A stretch of 64,000 nucleotides of DNA, from IMG/VR virus record IMGVR_UViG_3300024265_000041, positions 20,256 through 84,255 of that record; one strand, 5' to 3'. The position numbers and the translations under genes were made by a program. Shown here piece by piece: positions 10,601-17,505 of the stretch (position 1 is the first letter of the stretch; each line of letters starts with the position of its first letter). Under the pieces are notes generated by a model. That model was given only the letters and a program-made list of their open reading frames with translations. It did no database searches and was not told the origin of the DNA. The DNA comes from a virus.

Positions 10601-11384
10601 TGATGATCATGATATGGGAACTAATGACGGATATAAAGGGAGCGCTACTGTAACCTGGGCTCATGACTCATTCAGAGAAAATTGTCCTAACATACCAGAG
10701 ACAGGATCTGGGTCTCCCTATTACAGTTTCATTAATGGTCGGGTGCGTTTTATTATGTGCGACAACAGGTCAGAAAGAGACATTAAGACAGCAATTGATA
10801 ATAGCAGTAAACTAGTTTATTCAGCAGCGCAAAGAACTTGGTTAATGGCAGAATTGGATGCCGCAGCGGACGCCAGTCAAATCGTTGTCTGGATGCACAG
10901 TTACCCTTTCATTTCCGATGTATCAACCGGGATTGGGTCTGATAACTGGCGTAAGTACTCAACTTACAGAGAAGCTTTAGTTGATGACTTCCAGATAAGA
11001 GGAACTGGAGGAACCACAGACATGACATTGTCAATGCTTTCTTTAGGCGGCGATGCTCACATGATGGCATGGAGTAATGGAGTTGGTTATGGGGCAGGAA
11101 GTTCAGGTGCGTTCCCTAGCGTCCAAGCAGCCTCTTACCATAGCGGTGGTTCGCTTAAAGGCGGTCCATGGTCTGATATGCCAACTACTGACGAAGGGGG
11201 GTATAGTTGGCCAGATGGGGCTGTTGTAGGGGAAAGGCATTATGGCGTGTTTACTGTCACTGATTCAGGAGGAGCTACTATCTCAATCAGGTTCAAGGGT
11301 TATGCAAGACCTGATCTTACTCTTAATGACCCAGACACTGAGTACCTATCAATCGATGAAACGTTTGTAATTACTGTACCTTAA
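7632..11384 (+). CDS. Tailspike-like protein: CBM-like N-terminus, beta-helix, C-terminal PhoD alkaline phosphatase domain
   Basis: YEWDSTST..DNGWTVIKP...GRW head-binding motif, D.SAVIQAQID beta-helix start; PhoD motifs GSC, TGDLAY, FDDHD..TND, D.RSER, Q..WL, D.W..Y, GGDAH. Confidence 0.8.
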   Translation: MANNRLLTDLNLEPGNVVSSGLELQTKDCTAAGFQLKLVFFDSGETVISSFLGNVVDPHDSTSDNLWQRSVKNNVGIPNNAVYLNIGFVYTSLSVANETVGSRKPTLNRGVKVAPFTRPSNTAGSGGSGSTPRFTDHTGLRNHVIGEARLVFVKGLPAYEWDSTSTESDNGWTVIKPATFLTTDPGRWKITRPNTFEYDSSWDENWVDDYVIDGGDTEGPIDHSNNTGTDMSAVIQAQIDYLSDLVKQDPFWVENTDISFTAPDKINSAGSEFGSFSVGNTIGTFGSVANNFSATITAVTAAQITVDTTFPGRPLTTESAGPEVRITRLLADETTGRRQFVRLVIPHQAKIANTVYVKSGVQIHTSEVLYSHVEDAGEQNDTYAWAFVFMSGSHIDQFKLWGRGNSGILLGTERILNDMKIGNIRLFNIGETYVSETQSHIGVRFQGFNFEYNHIQVDGGNLGFDYKAVSDVRAVAALSVTASTAFRITDGCEQLDLGAQVADSPNFLGVQIDSSGNLKGNFRMFFNEDSFPSEGCFESGYAAKVGIFSTADPVANCDLTFQIANTHARIGTDPEYGGNSVGVLFGAIEDSSTVIIMANESLHTTQTLHTEYAAEADPTFTISSPNLQVTNDIRIHGSGSVYGGTSGGAGTGDLDDMWLGIRPPGVGYLRETEGQTTYQGVDIGGGGIGGGGGFSNVTYILDNTNSIGWYRVAQAPTNFGEGSFEISVSYKTDAIPPGATPVLQNAWSGVGDDDTFQVTAVYNYPASADVARCYAIPADFATLTAAASKNDTTLSLTSVTGLAVDDYMTVTEKGESSSHKVTAIDTLDVDIIPGINFDATTSAGVFEEAAIGSHVAEATVVRGDSNRRNKFSFSGLTAKTRYYYKIFQEGVGEDAAVFTGFSKTMEIANTARSFTFFGGSCAAWSNSNTFISMAKTLDALSDVDFFIHTGDLAYLDTWSSIDTARENYDVAIGDDRQRLIWKTYPAAYMFDDHDMGTNDGYKGSATVTWAHDSFRENCPNIPETGSGSPYYSFINGRVRFIMCDNRSERDIKTAIDNSSKLVYSAAQRTWLMAELDAAADASQIVVWMHSYPFISDVSTGIGSDNWRKYSTYREALVDDFQIRGTGGTTDMTLSMLSLGGDAHMMAWSNGVGYGAGSSGAFPSVQAASYHSGGSLKGGPWSDMPTTDEGGYSWPDGAVVGERHYGVFTVTDSGGATISIRFKGYARPDLTLNDPDTEYLSIDETFVITVP

Positions 11385-11397
11385 GGATAATTAGAAT

Positions 11398-14034
11398 ATG
11401 GCAGAACCAACCCCAGCCCCGCAGACGTTTAGAATATCGAAGACTAAAGGTCAGGCGTCAGTCATTACTCATCTATCTGGTGCTGGTATTAATCCAGAAA
11501 TCACCAAAGTTAGATTAGTTGACGATCCCACTGGCGAGGCAGCGTATTTTGAGGTTTACATAGCGTCTCTGCCAGACGCCACAACCCCTCTGTCTATCTC
11601 CCTACTGTCCGATAACCTGTTTGATGACAACTGGACTCTACTAGGACAAAAGACTGCAGGAGCTATACCAGGAGGCGGGGATTCACTTGAATATGAGTTA
11701 CTGAAGACTTACGACGGAAAAACTAATATCCCTAAAATTTTTGGACTCATTAGTACTGACGATTTAGATGTAGGAGATCAGGAAGCTTTCAATGTTATGG
11801 AAAATGGAGACGCCCATGTTTATGGAGATTTCTACATTGGAGGGGTTAAAGTAGACCCGGCTGCAGGCAGTGGAATTACTGACGTTGATCCTATCCTTAT
11901 CATAAAGGACAGTGATAGTGACAGCACAGTAAGTTTTGGGGTTGGCTTAACAGGGATTGTCAGATGGGATGACCTGAATGATGTAATAGTAGCTAACCTA
12001 GGGTTTGATGAGGCAACCACTAATGATTTTGTAATCGAAAACCTCTTAGGAAATATTGTACTTGGAAGTGAGACTGTAGTTGAGAACAAAGTTTGGTCTG
12101 CAGAGTCTAATCCTACTTATTATTTGTTGGATACTTCTGCAGCTGCAGTTGACGCGACTAACTCAACCGGAATGATTAAATTCAAGTTTGGTTTAGATGT
12201 TGACAATACGACTACGTATGCACAGCTAGGATATAATTCAGCCACTGATACTGTTTTTGAAATCACTAACAATCAAGGGTTAATACTGTTAAACGGAGAA
12301 GGGAACGAGTTAGAAATAAGTGCCAATGAAATAATTTATAGAGATGGAGATCCAAAATTTGTTTTAAAAGATGACGATACTTCTGATGTGTTTAACGCTA
12401 CCCCAATTTACTCAACCCAGGAGTTAAATTTCAGAGATAGTGTAGATGCTGAGGTCGGTATTGTAGGATATGAGGGGTCAGCAGTTCTAAAGGTGACTAA
12501 CAGAATAGCAATTGGGGGTAGTGTCGCTATAAGAGCTAATAACACATCTTCAAATGAATTATTAATAGCTACAGATTTACAATTTGGTGGAGACTCGGTT
12601 CATCACGAAGGAAGTTTCCCTACCAATAATATTTTGGATAATACAACTATTACTGATGGGTATGTTCTCACCTGGGATGACACTAACAATTATTGGTATG
12701 CAGCAGCCGGAGGTGGAGGAGGGGCAACCCTAGGGGCTAACACTTTCACTGGTGAGCAAACTATCAATATGGCAAACCCATCTTTACATTTAAAAGATAC
12801 TGTAGGTAATGGGTACAGAATGGAATGTGACACTGCTCAGTTAGATATCGATGAGTTAGACTCAAGTGGTACTTATATTTCAACTCCTTTTAGAATTGAT
12901 ACAGGAGCCCTTAGGCTAAATCTTCAGTCTACAAACATGGAGTGGAACGGGAACATTGTTTGGAATGCATCTAACTTAGCGAACGTTTCTCAGGCTTCGG
13001 CAGAGGCAGGAACTTCTACTACATTCCGTTCATGGTCTCCACAAAGAGTTAAACAAGCAATTGATGCCCTAGCACCGGGCGGAGGTAATACTGCATTCAC
13101 GAATGTTGCTAATATTTTTACAGAGGATCAAGAAATCAAAACCACTTCACCAGCTTTATTCCTGAATGAAACTGATGCAACTGACAATAATTGGTTATTT
13201 ACAGTTTCTGCCGGAGTATTTAATGTTGAGAGAAGGACTGATGCTAATGTTTACGTTTCAACACCACTTAGAATTTCTTTAGCTGCAAAGAGGCTTGAAC
13301 TAACTAGCACCACTTTGATTTGGGACGGGAACGCAGTTGCTACTGGTAGCGGTTTTGCTAAAACTAATGTAGGAAATACATTCACCGTAGACCAAACCAT
13401 ATCAACAAGCTCTCCTAAATTAACCTTAACAAATACAGGCAGTACAGGAGGATTTATAGATTCTTCAGGTGATCTTGTTAGAGTTAGGAATGAAGGGTCT
13501 GGTACAGGAACTAGTATGGTTCAATTAATCCCAGGTAACTCTTCCTCTTTTGCTTTCCAAGTTGGTAGCGATTTGACTTATAGAGGCGGTGAGGTTTGGC
13601 ACTCTTTATCTACAGTAATTTCTCAGGCTGATGCAGAAGCAGGGACCGCGACAGGCTGCGATGGTTGGTCATCACTTCGGGTAGCACAAGCTGCTACCGC
13701 CATCCATACATCTGCTAGGAGACTTAAAACTATAAAAGGAGTAGAATATGACCTATTGGATCTGGTTTGCAAAATAGGCAAATTAGGATCAACTCTTTAC
13801 ACATTAAATTCTGACCCTAAGAAAGAACTACGTAGAGGGTTTGTTCTTGAAGACATAAAAGATTTAATGAAAGGGGTTACCGGGGTTGACGATAAGGGGG
13901 AAGATAAATATTTATTTTATACCAGTATGGTATCTCCTCTTTATGTAGCATTTTCTCAGGAGGTCAAACTTAGAAAGAAGTTAGAGGTAGAAATTGACAA
14001 ACTTAAATTAGCAATATTTGGAGCCAACAAATGA
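11398..14034 (+). CDS. Tail fibre with C-terminal intramolecular chaperone (peptidase S74-like)
   Basis: Repeats N.FT..Q.I....P.L.L (x3) and SQA.AEAGT.T....WS..RV.QA (x2); C-terminal SARRLK...GFVLEDI...Y..MV..L plus coiled coil. Confidence 0.85.
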   Translation: MAEPTPAPQTFRISKTKGQASVITHLSGAGINPEITKVRLVDDPTGEAAYFEVYIASLPDATTPLSISLLSDNLFDDNWTLLGQKTAGAIPGGGDSLEYELLKTYDGKTNIPKIFGLISTDDLDVGDQEAFNVMENGDAHVYGDFYIGGVKVDPAAGSGITDVDPILIIKDSDSDSTVSFGVGLTGIVRWDDLNDVIVANLGFDEATTNDFVIENLLGNIVLGSETVVENKVWSAESNPTYYLLDTSAAAVDATNSTGMIKFKFGLDVDNTTTYAQLGYNSATDTVFEITNNQGLILLNGEGNELEISANEIIYRDGDPKFVLKDDDTSDVFNATPIYSTQELNFRDSVDAEVGIVGYEGSAVLKVTNRIAIGGSVAIRANNTSSNELLIATDLQFGGDSVHHEGSFPTNNILDNTTITDGYVLTWDDTNNYWYAAAGGGGGATLGANTFTGEQTINMANPSLHLKDTVGNGYRMECDTAQLDIDELDSSGTYISTPFRIDTGALRLNLQSTNMEWNGNIVWNASNLANVSQASAEAGTSTTFRSWSPQRVKQAIDALAPGGGNTAFTNVANIFTEDQEIKTTSPALFLNETDATDNNWLFTVSAGVFNVERRTDANVYVSTPLRISLAAKRLELTSTTLIWDGNAVATGSGFAKTNVGNTFTVDQTISTSSPKLTLTNTGSTGGFIDSSGDLVRVRNEGSGTGTSMVQLIPGNSSSFAFQVGSDLTYRGGEVWHSLSTVISQADAEAGTATGCDGWSSLRVAQAATAIHTSARRLKTIKGVEYDLLDLVCKIGKLGSTLYTLNSDPKKELRRGFVLEDIKDLMKGVTGVDDKGEDKYLFYTSMVSPLYVAFSQEVKLRKKLEVEIDKLKLAIFGANK

Positions 14035-14357
14035 GTGAAACAAAAGACACAGTAAGAAAACAAATTTTATCTGAGGAGCAATCCTCCTCTATAGGGGACT
14101 GCTTATTACAGGTACTTAATAAACCTGGGATAGCGCCCCCTTTAACCCCTGAAACTATGGAACAGCATAGACAATGGCAGCAACTTTGTAATGTTGCTAT
14201 GGCTTTATCTTCACGTCATATGGGCCTCTATCAAAACGAACTTATTGAGGGAACTTCTAAAGGGAAGGATTCTAAAAAACCTGGAGTTAAAAAACAGGCT
14301 AAGAGAACAGCAGGGACCAGAGGCAATCAAAGAGCTAAATCACAGGAGAAAAAATAA
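14031..14357 (+). CDS. Hypothetical protein (possible fibre assembly factor)
   Basis: Overlaps fibre stop codon; basic C-terminal tail. Confidence 0.55.
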   Translation: MSETKDTVRKQILSEEQSSSIGDCLLQVLNKPGIAPPLTPETMEQHRQWQQLCNVAMALSSRHMGLYQNELIEGTSKGKDSKKPGVKKQAKRTAGTRGNQRAKSQEKK

Positions 14358-14812
14358 TGTTATTAATACTAAAAAGAGACCCATCAACAGAAACTGAAAC
14401 CCAAGGGTCCCTTAGTGTTGGTGGTGAAATGTTCGATACCATAGAGCCTCCCTGGGGTGACAATAAGCCATTTAAGTCATGCTTGCCTGCTGGTAATTAC
14501 TTGTTGGTACCTCATACAGGTGGAAGGTATAAAAACACTTACTGTATGGTTAACGAAAAACTTGGGGTATATCACCTACCAGAAGAAAGAGTTCATAACA
14601 CTGATCGCTATGCCTGTGTATTTCATGCCGCTAATTGGGCCAGTCAATTAGAAGGTTGTGTTGCTTTGGGCCTAGGTAAATCAACTGCGTATGACAAGAG
14701 AACTTCTATGATTTTACCTATGGTTATTAGGTCTAGGGACGCGGTTAGGAGGTTTAAAATACTAATGCACAATAACCCTGGTCCTCATTCACTAAGAATT
14801 ATTGACGGTTAG
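14357..14812 (+). CDS. DUF5675-family protein, putative endolysin (L,D-transpeptidase-like fold)
   Basis: L.LKR......T.G.L....FDTIE.PW.DN....SC.PAG.Y...FH.AN....LEGC.ALG; immediately upstream of holin and spanins. Confidence 0.75.
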   Translation: MLLILKRDPSTETETQGSLSVGGEMFDTIEPPWGDNKPFKSCLPAGNYLLVPHTGGRYKNTYCMVNEKLGVYHLPEERVHNTDRYACVFHAANWASQLEGCVALGLGKSTAYDKRTSMILPMVIRSRDAVRRFKILMHNNPGPHSLRIIDG

Positions 14813-14814
14813 TA

Positions 14815-15138
14815 ATGGAACCTAAATCAGAAGAGAAGGCAGAGGTTAGGACTTCTGCCGAAATTCAGGACGTTCGTTGGAGGAACCGCCGTCGAATGGC
14901 ATGGAAAGCATTTAACTTAGCTTCTTTCTTAAGTGTATTTACCATTGTTGGAATTTCTTTACTAGTAATTTTTGGCACCCCTGAAAAAATAGAATCCGCC
15001 TCAAATAGTTGGGCAGCACTTGGGATAGTGTTTGGTGGTTTGTGGGGGGTGGTCATGGCTTATATTGGGTCAGCTGCATACTCTGATACCAGAGTAAGCG
15101 GAACTCCTAAATCAAAAGGGAAAGAGGAAATTTACTAA
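14815..15138 (+). CDS. Putative holin (2 TM helices)
   Basis: RWRNRRRMAW followed by two hydrophobic helices and a charged tail; within lysis cassette. Confidence 0.7.
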   Translation: MEPKSEEKAEVRTSAEIQDVRWRNRRRMAWKAFNLASFLSVFTIVGISLLVIFGTPEKIESASNSWAALGIVFGGLWGVVMAYIGSAAYSDTRVSGTPKSKGKEEIY

Positions 15139-15599
15139 TGTTTAATCTTGGAATTCTAGGTCTTAATAAATTTGCTATAGGGGGGGTTGTCCTTCTAGGT
15201 TTGTATGCAGGTTGGCAGAAAATTAAAGTGGTAGGGTTAGAAAAAGATTTAATTGTAATAACTCAGTCAAGAGATTCATGGAAAGCTTCTGATGCAAAAC
15301 TCAGAGTAAAAGTAACTCAGGTTGAAGCCTCAGCTAAGAAAGCTAATGACTTAAACAATGAGTATTTAAAAACAGTTAGGTTATCTCAACATAACTATCT
15401 TGAACTACAACAGGAGCTGAAAAATGTCACACAAAAATCTGAGGAAATATCTCGCATATTCGCGGAGCATGATTTTGAGTTTTTGCTCATGTCTAAGCCT
15501 TCTCTTATGCAGCGTAGGATTCGTAATGGTACTAAGCGGCTGTTCGAGTCTTTTAAGGCAGAAGGAGACCCCACCGGCACCTCCTCCGGTAATAATTGA
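15138..15599 (+). CDS. i-spanin (Rz-like)
   Basis: N-terminal TM anchor then coiled coil; overlapped by a lipoprotein gene. Confidence 0.8.
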   Translation: MFNLGILGLNKFAIGGVVLLGLYAGWQKIKVVGLEKDLIVITQSRDSWKASDAKLRVKVTQVEASAKKANDLNNEYLKTVRLSQHNYLELQQELKNVTQKSEEISRIFAEHDFEFLLMSKPSLMQRRIRNGTKRLFESFKAEGDPTGTSSGNN

Positions 15600-15858
15600 T
15601 CAGAAAGAACTGGTTAGTATTGAGTGTGTACTCCCAGCTGCAGCAGAAGGGATTAATCCTTATATCACTGATCCTACAGTTATAGAGACTAAGGACGGAA
15701 AGGTTTGGGTAGCGTGGACCCCAAAGAATTACGAGTTGCTTTCTAAAAACTTATCTCAGATAGAGGACGGGTGGGATGCTAGGAACAAGACTATAAAGTA
15801 CCTTAAGGGATGTATTCTGAGGTCAAGGGAGAAGTTAATGAGTGACCCAGATACATAG
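15424..15858 (+). CDS. o-spanin (Rz1-like lipoprotein)
   Basis: GGAG RBS, signal peptide with lipobox VLSG-C, Pro-rich linker; overlaps i-spanin in another frame. Confidence 0.8.
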   Translation: MSHKNLRKYLAYSRSMILSFCSCLSLLLCSVGFVMVLSGCSSLLRQKETPPAPPPVIIDQKELVSIECVLPAAAEGINPYITDPTVIETKDGKVWVAWTPKNYELLSKNLSQIEDGWDARNKTIKYLKGCILRSREKLMSDPDT

Positions 15859-15947
15859 ACCTTGATAGCATAAGTATGAATTAGTTTTATATTGTGGTAT
15901 TTTTAATGAGATTAGTATAAAGACTCAAACCGTTTAGGAGAAACAAA

Positions 15948-16418
15948 ATGACAGATCAAGTTTTCAATATAGCAAAGGGCCGCGTAGCTGAACTTCATAA
16001 CAAAGTACAAACTAATGAAGTAGCAGCCTCGCAATTGGTAATTATCGCAATCGTATCGACTGACACAGATGATTTAATCAGGGATGTCGATGACATAGCA
16101 GCGTTACTTGTTTTAGGTAATACTGCTGAAGCTACTAATGGCGGGTACGCAAGGATCGATTTAGACGATACAGATTTAGATGCGATAGACAATGATGATA
16201 CTAACAACCGTATGGACGTAAATATCACGGTTGACCCTGTATTCAGTTCTATTACTGGTGGCGATAACTGGACCCATTTAGTCATTGCTTATGACACTAC
16301 AGGGTCTGACACTGATGCGAATCTTCTTCCACTGACTATTCATGACTTTGTAGTTACTCCGAACGGAGGCGATATTACAGCACAAATCGCTGCAGACGGT
16401 TACTTCAGAGCTTCATAA
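15948..16418 (+). CDS. Putative virion protein, paralogue 1 of 3
   Basis: AGGAG RBS; FNIAKGR...EATN.GY.R..L.D...DPVFSS...W..LVIAYD...D.NL.P...HDF.VTPNGGDIT shared with the next two genes. Confidence 0.75.
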   Translation: MTDQVFNIAKGRVAELHNKVQTNEVAASQLVIIAIVSTDTDDLIRDVDDIAALLVLGNTAEATNGGYARIDLDDTDLDAIDNDDTNNRMDVNITVDPVFSSITGGDNWTHLVIAYDTTGSDTDANLLPLTIHDFVVTPNGGDITAQIAADGYFRAS

Positions 16419-16441
16419 ATTGATCTATATTTCTAACAAAC

Positions 16442-16470
16442 ATGTGGGTTTTTATAGGCCCACATAATTT
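16442..16470 (+). terminator. Stem-loop between paralogues 1 and 2 (weak terminator or stabiliser)
   Basis: ATGTGGG...CCCACAT stem followed by AATTTT. Confidence 0.45.
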
Positions 16471-16492
16471 TCTGGTGGAGGGGCACAAAATA

Positions 16493-16987
16493 ATGGCTAA
16501 TGATGTTACATTTAATGTAGCTAGAGGCCGAGTAGTGGGGCTGCATGAGAGGGTTAGGGCACAAGACCCCACAGGGTCTGTGTTGACAATTATTGCAATT
16601 CAATCTACTGAACTCACTGGCACAATTAAGGATGTTGAAACTATAGCTGAATTACTTGCCTTATCTGGCGTGGATGAGGCAAATAACTCTGGGTATTCTA
16701 GGCTAGTTTACACGGATACTACTCTTGCTTCGTTCCCTGTAGTGATTGATGATACGTTGGATTTAGTCGAGCTTCCTTTACCTGATCCAGTATTTACTTC
16801 AGTTTCAGCCGGTGATGGCCCTGGGGACCTCTGGACTGATATAGTTATTGCTTATGACAAAACAGGATCTGAAACTGACGCTAATCTTATCCCAATGGTT
16901 ATATTGACTATCATAAATGGCGTTACCCCGAACGGAGGGGATATTACAGTCCAAGCTTCTGGTGGTAACTACTATTTGAACTCGTAG
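16493..16987 (+). CDS. Putative virion protein, paralogue 2 of 3 (start moved to ATG 16493)
   Basis: GGAGG RBS before ATG 16493; MANDVTFNVARGR aligns with MTDQVFNIAKGR. Confidence 0.75.
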   Translation: MANDVTFNVARGRVVGLHERVRAQDPTGSVLTIIAIQSTELTGTIKDVETIAELLALSGVDEANNSGYSRLVYTDTTLASFPVVIDDTLDLVELPLPDPVFTSVSAGDGPGDLWTDIVIAYDKTGSETDANLIPMVILTIINGVTPNGGDITVQASGGNYYLNS

Positions 16988-17021
16988 GAGGAGTTATGAC
17001 GGAATTAAGGGGGGCAACTGG

Positions 17022-17492
17022 GTGAGTGACATATTGTTTAACATAACTAGAGGACAAAAGTCTGAATTACATTTAAGGGTAAATGCCAACGACCCTACCA
17101 ATGCTGTCCTAGTTATTGTTGCTGTAGTATCTACTGACACTCAAGCTGTACTTGAGGACGTTGATGACCTAACAGAGTTATTAGCTTTATCCAATACTGC
17201 TGAAGCAACTAATTCTGGGTATTCAAGGCTAATTTTAACTGACACAGATCTAGAAGATATCAGAGTTAACCATACCACTAATACTATGGAGTTAGACCTT
17301 ACAAATGACCCAGTATTTAGCTCAGTATCAGATGGGGATAACTGGACTCATTTAGTTTTTTGTTATGATAGTGACTCCACTAGTGGGTCGGATTCTAATA
17401 TTATACCAATGACTATGCACGATTTTGTTGTTACCCCAAATGGTGGGGACATAACGGTTGGGATAGACCCAGTCGGGTATTGTAGGTCATAA
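17022..17492 (+). CDS. Putative virion protein, paralogue 3 of 3
   Basis: Same motif set ending HDFVVTPNGGDIT. Confidence 0.75.
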   Translation: MSDILFNITRGQKSELHLRVNANDPTNAVLVIVAVVSTDTQAVLEDVDDLTELLALSNTAEATNSGYSRLILTDTDLEDIRVNHTTNTMELDLTNDPVFSSVSDGDNWTHLVFCYDSDSTSGSDSNIIPMTMHDFVVTPNGGDITVGIDPVGYCRS

Positions 17493-17505
17493 AGGGTAAT
17501 ATTTA

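Noticed and set aside
7632-14034. Diversity-generating retroelement or invertible fibre switch
   Set aside because: No reverse transcriptase, no TR/VR pair and no invertase or flanking inverted repeats seen in the window.
15860-15925. Promoter upstream of the triplicated genes
   Set aside because: The best candidates (TTGATA or TTGTGG with TATAAA) have poor spacing or consensus, so I could not support a call.
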